Under the pieces are notes generated by a model. The model made no database searches and had not been told where the DNA came from. It worked only from the letters and a program-made list of their open reading frames with translations. From an archaeon SCG-AAA382B04 (GTDB taxonomy: Archaea; Halobacteriota; Methanonatronarchaeia; Methanonatronarchaeales; Methanonatronarchaeaceae): a stretch of 64,000 nucleotides of DNA. Within the stretch, counting starts at the first letter, position 1. Every line of letters starts with the position of its first letter. The translations under genes were made by a program, and so were the position numbers. Of this stretch, positions 58,735 to 64,000 are shown piece after piece. Where the stretch lies: contig PZKD01000125.1 in the NCBI GenBank assembly GCA_003034855.1, forward strand, positions 19,521 through 83,520, given 5' to 3'.

Positions 58735-59634
58735 ATGGATTTATCCTCAGTTCAACAAGAAATTCTAAACGCACTAATCGCGTTATTTCAAGAAAAAAAA
58801 GAAGCCATAAAGGGACAAAATATAGCTTCATCCATAAAAAAACAACCCGGAACCATAAGAAACCAAATGCAGTGGCTAAAAGCACTTAACCTCATCGAAA
58901 GTGTTCAAGGTCCAAAAGGAGGATACAAACCAACATCAAAAGCATACAGCGCTCTCGACCTAGCAAGCTACCAAGAAGGAGAAACAGTAGACATATTCAA
59001 AAAAGGAAAAAAAGTAGAAGGCGCAACCATAATAGAAATAGACCTAACCACAATCCCCCAACCAGATGTATGTAAATCCGAAATAAAACTCATCGGAGAT
59101 GTAAGAAAATTCGAACAAGGAGACGACATAAGTATCGGACCAACCCCCGTAAACAATCTCTTCTTCAAAGGAAAAATAAGTGGAAGAGATGACGTAAACA
59201 ACAAATTAATAATGAAAATACAAGAAATACACTCAATTCCCAACATCCCTGTAGAGGACATAGCATCAAAAGATGTCGTCACAATCTCCCCAAATGATTC
59301 TGTGATGGAAGTCGTTAACTCATTTGTAAAACATGATATACGAGGAGCACCAGTAGTTGACGAAGAAGAAATAATTGGAATGATAATATACAGTGACGTT
59401 GGAGAAGCATTAATAGAAGATGAAGAAACTAAGGCAAAAGATTTTATGAGGGACACCATAACCATAGATTTCGACGAACCATTAATCTCTGCTGTAAAAA
59501 AATTCAGAAAACACCAAGTCAACAGAGTAGCAGTTGTCAAAGATGATGAACTAGTTGGAATAATAACATACACAGATGTATTAAGACGACTAACAGCTAT
59601 AGGAATTGATTACTACCAAGATAAAGACATATAA
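58735..59634 (+). CDS. wHTH plus CBS-pair domain protein
   Basis: 299 aa. N-terminal winged-helix-like region (ILNALIALF...IRNQMQWLKALNLIE) and two C-terminal CBS repeats. Confidence 0.8.
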   Translation: MDLSSVQQEILNALIALFQEKKEAIKGQNIASSIKKQPGTIRNQMQWLKALNLIESVQGPKGGYKPTSKAYSALDLASYQEGETVDIFKKGKKVEGATIIEIDLTTIPQPDVCKSEIKLIGDVRKFEQGDDISIGPTPVNNLFFKGKISGRDDVNNKLIMKIQEIHSIPNIPVEDIASKDVVTISPNDSVMEVVNSFVKHDIRGAPVVDEEEIIGMIIYSDVGEALIEDEETKAKDFMRDTITIDFDEPLISAVKKFRKHQVNRVAVVKDDELVGIITYTDVLRRLTAIGIDYYQDKDI

Positions 59635-59667
59635 TGTATTATTGGATCAAAAAAACCCTAAAAGCAA

Positions 59668-60942
59668 ATGAAGAAAATATTAATTTTTTCTATTCTTTTA
59701 GTTTTAATCACAACCTCTGGTTGTATCTATCTAGAAAAAGATAGCAACGGAGACAGATTACCAGATTCACAAGAAAAAGAGATAAGTCCAGATCTCATCA
59801 TGAAAGATACGGATCAGGATGGACTAAATGATTCAGTAGAACACAGATTAGGAACAGAGATAAACAAAAGCGACTCAGACAATGATTCTCTTAGTGATGG
59901 AGAAGAAGTCCATGAATATGGAACTGATCCTCTAAAAAAGGACTCCACCAAAGATGGAATAGATGACGGGTTTGCAATAAGATATGATCTGGATCCAACA
60001 AAAAAATACTATAAAAATTTTTCATTAATTTTGAATCAAGTTAAAGATGAATATAGAGACTATGTTGCTCAAGCAGCAATTCCAAAATTAAATGAAACAG
60101 AAAAAAATAATCTTGATGTCTTTATAGGGCTTAATAAGTCTTCTAGAAACCTCCTATTAGAAAAAAACATTGTTTTTTCAGGGCTTGATTGGGATATGGA
60201 TGGTTATCTAAATTATAACGATTCAAGTCCTCTTTCTCCTAACGATGTCGATGAAGATGGGATATTAGATGGATTTTATGACAAAAATATGAATGGTGAA
60301 TTCGATGGAGATGATTTAGTGGGGGAAAGAGGAGATAGAGATGGTGATGGAGGATTGAAAGAAGCAGAGGTAGGTAAAAAAGATCTTTTTGTTGAAATAG
60401 ATTATATGGAATCTATAAATCATTCAAACAAACCTAGAGAAGAAGCAATAAATAAAGTGAAAAAGTTTTTTGCAAAAATACCGGTTGAGGGAAAAAATAA
60501 TTCAACTGGAATAGATTTACACGTAAAGATTGATGGTGAATTAGGTCACAAGGAATTAACTTGCTGGGAGGAAGTGATTCCTGAGCATTATTACAATAAC
60601 TTTAGCGAACAAAGAAGAGGTGTTTTTCATTATGCGGTTTTTGTCCATAACCTCACACGTGGTAGTAGGGAAAAAAATGTCTCTGGATTAGCGAGATACG
60701 AAGGTGACACGAAGGCTGTAGCTTCTCATTCTTTCCTAGATAATGAAGAATTAGTGATTAAATTTCAATCAGAGGTTTTTTGTCATGAATTGCTCCACAA
60801 TCTAGGAATTAGCCACAACGATAAGCAAAATTCGTTGATGGAGATGTGGGATAGAGAGGGGGATTACATAAAACCAGAGATAGAATCTATTGAAAAAGAA
60901 TTAAATAAAAAAGGATATTATGGGTCTATTTTTGTTAACTAG
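59668..60942 (+). CDS. lipoprotein with thrombospondin-type-3-like Ca-binding repeats and a metzincin zinc motif
   Basis: 424 aa. Lipobox LITTSGC; D-rich repeats (DTDQDGLNDSVE, DSDNDSLSDGEE); HELLHNLGISH (HExxHxxGxxH) at 60784-60816, followed by SLMEM. Confidence 0.7.
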   Translation: MKKILIFSILLVLITTSGCIYLEKDSNGDRLPDSQEKEISPDLIMKDTDQDGLNDSVEHRLGTEINKSDSDNDSLSDGEEVHEYGTDPLKKDSTKDGIDDGFAIRYDLDPTKKYYKNFSLILNQVKDEYRDYVAQAAIPKLNETEKNNLDVFIGLNKSSRNLLLEKNIVFSGLDWDMDGYLNYNDSSPLSPNDVDEDGILDGFYDKNMNGEFDGDDLVGERGDRDGDGGLKEAEVGKKDLFVEIDYMESINHSNKPREEAINKVKKFFAKIPVEGKNNSTGIDLHVKIDGELGHKELTCWEEVIPEHYYNNFSEQRRGVFHYAVFVHNLTRGSREKNVSGLARYEGDTKAVASHSFLDNEELVIKFQSEVFCHELLHNLGISHNDKQNSLMEMWDREGDYIKPEIESIEKELNKKGYYGSIFVN

Positions 60943-61712
60943 ATTTTATTGATGGCTTTTTTCATCTCCTCTACGTAATTCTTTATTTGTTCTAAGCTGT
61001 GGTTTTTTTGTATTTTTTCTACTATTGCGCTTCCAACGATAACTCCATCGGCACCTGCTTTTATTGCTTTTTCAGCGTGTTTTGGTTTGGATATCCCAAA
61101 TCCAGCTGCTATTGGTAGATCTGTTGTTGATTTCACTTTTTGGATGGTTTTTCTAGTGTTTTCTAGGAATTTTTCTTTTTTTCCTGTGACACCTAATCTT
61201 GTTATTGTGTAGATGAATCCCTCTGATTTTTTTTCTATTTTTTTTATTCTCTCTTTAGTTGAATTGGGTGAAACCAAGAATATTTGGTGAATGTCTTTTT
61301 GTTTTGATTGAGTTAAAACTTCATCTGATTCTTCAATGGGCATGTCAGCTATTATTACGCCATTTATTTTGCTTTCTTTAGCTTTTTCGTAAAAAGTATC
61401 TATTCCTTGGTTATAAACAATGTTATAATAGGTTAATACTACTATTGGTATGTCTTTGTATTTTTTTATTTCTTTTACTAGTTTGAAAATTTGTTTTACT
61501 TCAAATCCGTTTTTTAGTGCTCTAGAATACGCTTTCTGTATGGTTGGTCCATCTGCTGCTGGATCTGTATATGGTATTCCTATTTCTAAGACATCTGCAC
61601 CTGCATCTATTAGTGCTTTTGCGGTTTCTAGGCTTTTTTGATAGTTTGGATCTGCTGCTACTATGAAGGGTATGAATGCATTGTTTTTGAATGCTTGACT
61701 TATCTCATTCAA
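60939..61712 (-). CDS. trpA: tryptophan synthase alpha chain
   Basis: 257 aa with TrpA sequence ([29 protein letters not shown]). Confidence 0.95.
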   Translation of the reverse strand: MNEISQAFKNNAFIPFIVAADPNYQKSLETAKALIDAGADVLEIGIPYTDPAADGPTIQKAYSRALKNGFEVKQIFKLVKEIKKYKDIPIVVLTYYNIVYNQGIDTFYEKAKESKINGVIIADMPIEESDEVLTQSKQKDIHQIFLVSPNSTKERIKKIEKKSEGFIYTITRLGVTGKKEKFLENTRKTIQKVKSTTDLPIAAGFGISKPKHAEKAIKAGADGVIVGSAIVEKIQKNHSLEQIKNYVEEMKKAINKI

Positions 61713-62838
61713 GATTACTCACCTCTCTTACATCTTTGTCTCCTCTGCCAGATAGGTTTATTATAACGATGTCATCTGGGCTTAAGTCGTTTTGTATCTT
61801 TGGTAATTGGGCTAGGGCATGACTTGATTCTAATGCTGGTATTATTCCTTCTGCTTTTGATAGTAATTTGAATGCTTCAAGAGCTTCTTCATCGTTTGCT
61901 GTTTTGTAATTTATTCTTTCTTTTTGGTTGTACATTGAGTGTTCTGGTCCTATTCCTGGGTAATCGAGACCTGCTGCGATGCTTTCGGTTTCTTTTATTT
62001 GTCCCTCTTCTGTCTGTAATAGTTTTGACATGCTTCCATGGAGAGTTCCTTTACTTCCATTAGTTATGGAGGCGCTTCCCTCTGCTTCGATTCCGGTGAG
62101 TTTTACATCTTTGTCTACGAATTCGTGGAAGATGCCTATTGCGTTGCTTCCTCCTCCAACACATGCTATGATTCGATCTGGGAGTGAATTTTCTTTTTGT
62201 TGTATCTGTTTCTTTGTTTCTTTCCCAATTACACTTTGAAAGTCTCTAACTATTTCAGGGAAAGGAGATGGACCTACCACTGAGCCAATTAGGTAGTGTG
62301 TGTTTTCTAATTCTTTTACCCAGGCTCTAAGAGCTTCGTTTACTGCATCTTTTAATTTAGCTTCTCCTGTTGTCACAGGATTTAGTTTTGCCCCGAGCAA
62401 CCTCATTCTGTAGGCGTTGAGTTTTTGTCTCTCTAGGTCTTTTTTACCCATAAATATCTCTGTTTCTAGTTCCATCTTGGCTCCTGCCATTGATGTTGCT
62501 ACTCCATGTTGTCCTGCTCCAGTTTCAGCTATTATTTTTTCTTTCTCCATGTGTTTCGCTAAAAGTGCTTGGCCTAGGGTGTTGTTTAATTTGTGAGCTC
62601 CTCCATGAAGGAGGTCTTCTCTTTTTAGGTATATTTTGCACCCAAATTTTTGGGATAATTTTTCTGAATAAGTTAATGGTGTTGGTCTACCCGCATATTC
62701 CTCTAATATTTCTCTAAATTGTTCTTGGAATTCTGTTGAATTTTTTATTTCTGTATACTCTTTTTCAAGCTCTTCTAGTGCTGGTATTATCGGTTCTGGA
62801 ACAAATTTTCCTCCAAATTCATCGAATCTATCTTTCAT
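61705..62838 (-). CDS. trpB: tryptophan synthase beta chain
   Basis: 377 aa. HGGAHKLNN (PLP lysine) and GGGSNAIG motifs. Confidence 0.95.
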   Translation of the reverse strand: MKDRFDEFGGKFVPEPIIPALEELEKEYTEIKNSTEFQEQFREILEEYAGRPTPLTYSEKLSQKFGCKIYLKREDLLHGGAHKLNNTLGQALLAKHMEKEKIIAETGAGQHGVATSMAGAKMELETEIFMGKKDLERQKLNAYRMRLLGAKLNPVTTGEAKLKDAVNEALRAWVKELENTHYLIGSVVGPSPFPEIVRDFQSVIGKETKKQIQQKENSLPDRIIACVGGGSNAIGIFHEFVDKDVKLTGIEAEGSASITNGSKGTLHGSMSKLLQTEEGQIKETESIAAGLDYPGIGPEHSMYNQKERINYKTANDEEALEAFKLLSKAEGIIPALESSHALAQLPKIQNDLSPDDIVIINLSGRGDKDVREVSNLE

Positions 62839-63407
62839 GCATTTATTCCTCTTTTAATTAGTTTTTCAATTTTTTTGGGATCCTTCTTTTGATTTGGTTT
62901 TTCTATTCCTGAGGAAACATCAATTGCATAAGGACTTAATTTAGTTACTACCATCTTAATATTGTGTGGTGTTATTCCCCCAGAAACAATTACTGGTTTA
63001 TTTATTTTATCTATTAATTTTTTATATTCTTCCATTGGAAACATTTCGCCTTTTCCATGGCTTTTATCCAAAAGAATAGCGTCAAATCTGTCTATGTTAT
63101 CTAATTCATCTTTTCCTGAAATCCCTCGAACGAGATATTTATCTGTTTGTACTTCGGGATCAGAATATATTTGAATTGCATCTGGTTCTATTTCCTTTAT
63201 CTGTTCTATTGATCGTTTACTTGCATCTTCGGTAACACAAACTTTTTTTGTATAAGGTCCAAGAGAATTGAATATCTCTCTAGCTCTTTTTAGTTCTATT
63301 GCTCTCTTTGTAGAAGTATTTACAACTACCCCTATACCATGGGCCCCATATTTTTCAGCTATCCTTGCATCTTCTTTATTTGTTATTCCACATATTTTTA
63401 GGCGCAT
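62835..63407 (-). CDS. trpF: phosphoribosylanthranilate isomerase
   Basis: 190 aa. N-terminus LKICGIT, and SGGI near the C-terminus. Lies between trpC and trpB. Confidence 0.9.
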   Translation of the reverse strand: MRLKICGITNKEDARIAEKYGAHGIGVVVNTSTKRAIELKRAREIFNSLGPYTKKVCVTEDASKRSIEQIKEIEPDAIQIYSDPEVQTDKYLVRGISGKDELDNIDRFDAILLDKSHGKGEMFPMEEYKKLIDKINKPVIVSGGITPHNIKMVVTKLSPYAIDVSSGIEKPNQKKDPKKIEKLIKRGINA

Positions 63408-64000
63408 TTTAGTTCCTCAATCTTTTTATGGAGATTATTTGATTTCATTAAAGCTGTTCCAACTAAAAAACCGTCACAATAACCTTCTAGTTTTCTAATA
63501 TCTTTTTTAGTTCTTATTCCACTTTCTGATATTATTTTTATCTCTTCTGGTATCTTTTTAGAAAATTTTTTAGTTTTTGAAAGATCTATTTCTAGTGATT
63601 CGAGGTCTCGGTTGTTTATACCTATAATATCGGTTTTTGTATTAAGAGCTATATCTAATTCTTTTTGGTTTTTAATTTCCACTAATGGATCTAAATCCAA
63701 TTTTTTGGCTAGATCCACAAAATTATCTAGTTTTTCACCAAGTATAGAAGTTATTAATAGTATAGAATCTGCTTTTTGTTTTTTTGTGATATATAGCTGT
63801 TTTTTATTAAAAATAAAATCTTTTCTAAGTATTGGGCCATCAAATAATTCTCTTACTTTAGATATGTTCTGAATTGATCCGTTGAAGTAATTTTTTTCGG
63901 TTAGAACTGATATTGCACTAAGATCTTTCATCTCTTTAATTAGTGATTTAATCGGTTTTTTAGTTATCTGACCTTCATTAGGAGAAGAATATTTTATTTC
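63398..64000 (-). CDS. trpC: indole-3-glycerol-phosphate synthase, N-terminus beyond the window
   Basis: The frame stays open upstream of the track ATG (63931) to position 64000 and encodes EIKYSSPNEGQI, the conserved E-x-K-x-x-SPS-x-G motif. ISVLTE follows it. Confidence 0.9.
   Translation of the reverse strand, partial: EIKYSSPNEGQITKKPIKSLIKEMKDLSAISVLTEKNYFNGSIQNISKVRELFDGPILRKDFIFNKKQLYITKKQKADSILLITSILGEKLDNFVDLAKKLDLDPLVEIKNQKELDIALNTKTDIIGINNRDLESLEIDLSKTKKFSKKIPEEIKIISESGIRTKKDIRKLEGYCDGFLVGTALMKSNNLHKKIEELKCA

Overview
AT-rich archaeal chromosome segment, about one-third G+C, with a K/E/I/D-rich proteome. rpoB is split into B'/B'', as in euryarchaeal-type lineages. I cannot assign a species from sequence alone.

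Gene content:
- **1-23.7 kb (minus strand):** an information-processing cluster running rpoH-rpoB''-rpoB'-rpoA'-rpoA''-rpl30e-nusA-rps12-rps7-EF-2-EF-1alpha-rps10-tRNA-Ser, followed by rpoK-eno-rps2-(IS)-MEMO-mvk. EF-2, RpoA'' and RpoA' each carry a LAGLIDADG intein. A tnpA-less TnpB element sits between rps2 and the MEMO gene.
- **24-32.5 kb:** hypCDAE, archaeal dnaG, and a membrane-bound [NiFe] hydrogenase operon (Tat small subunit, large subunit, cytochrome b, endopeptidase; Vht/Vho-like order).
- **32.7-41 kb:** pyrC, AMMECR1, EF-1beta, argF-like gene, purD, pyrE, carS, a Tes-like radical SAM gene, an Sm protein and a LOG-like gene.
- **41.1-41.5 kb:** a GC-rich, helix-dense non-coding island that I could not match to RNase P or SRP signatures. 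This is my best candidate for something new.
- **42-49.5 kb:** tRNA-His, then ccmEDCBA (variant CxxxY CcmE), divergent from an alternative-heme cluster (ahbA, ahbB, sirC, hemA, hemD, ahbC/D-like).
- **49.5-64 kb:** fen1, orc1/cdc6, lysE, a feoB operon with two DtxR-type regulators and iron-box palindromes, a CaCA exchanger, an ars operon, a CBS protein, a metzincin-like lipoprotein, and trpCFBA.

I saw no rRNA and no CRISPR array. Several Cys-rich or RHH micro-ORFs shorter than 60 aa are missing from the ORF track. I called them from my own translation.
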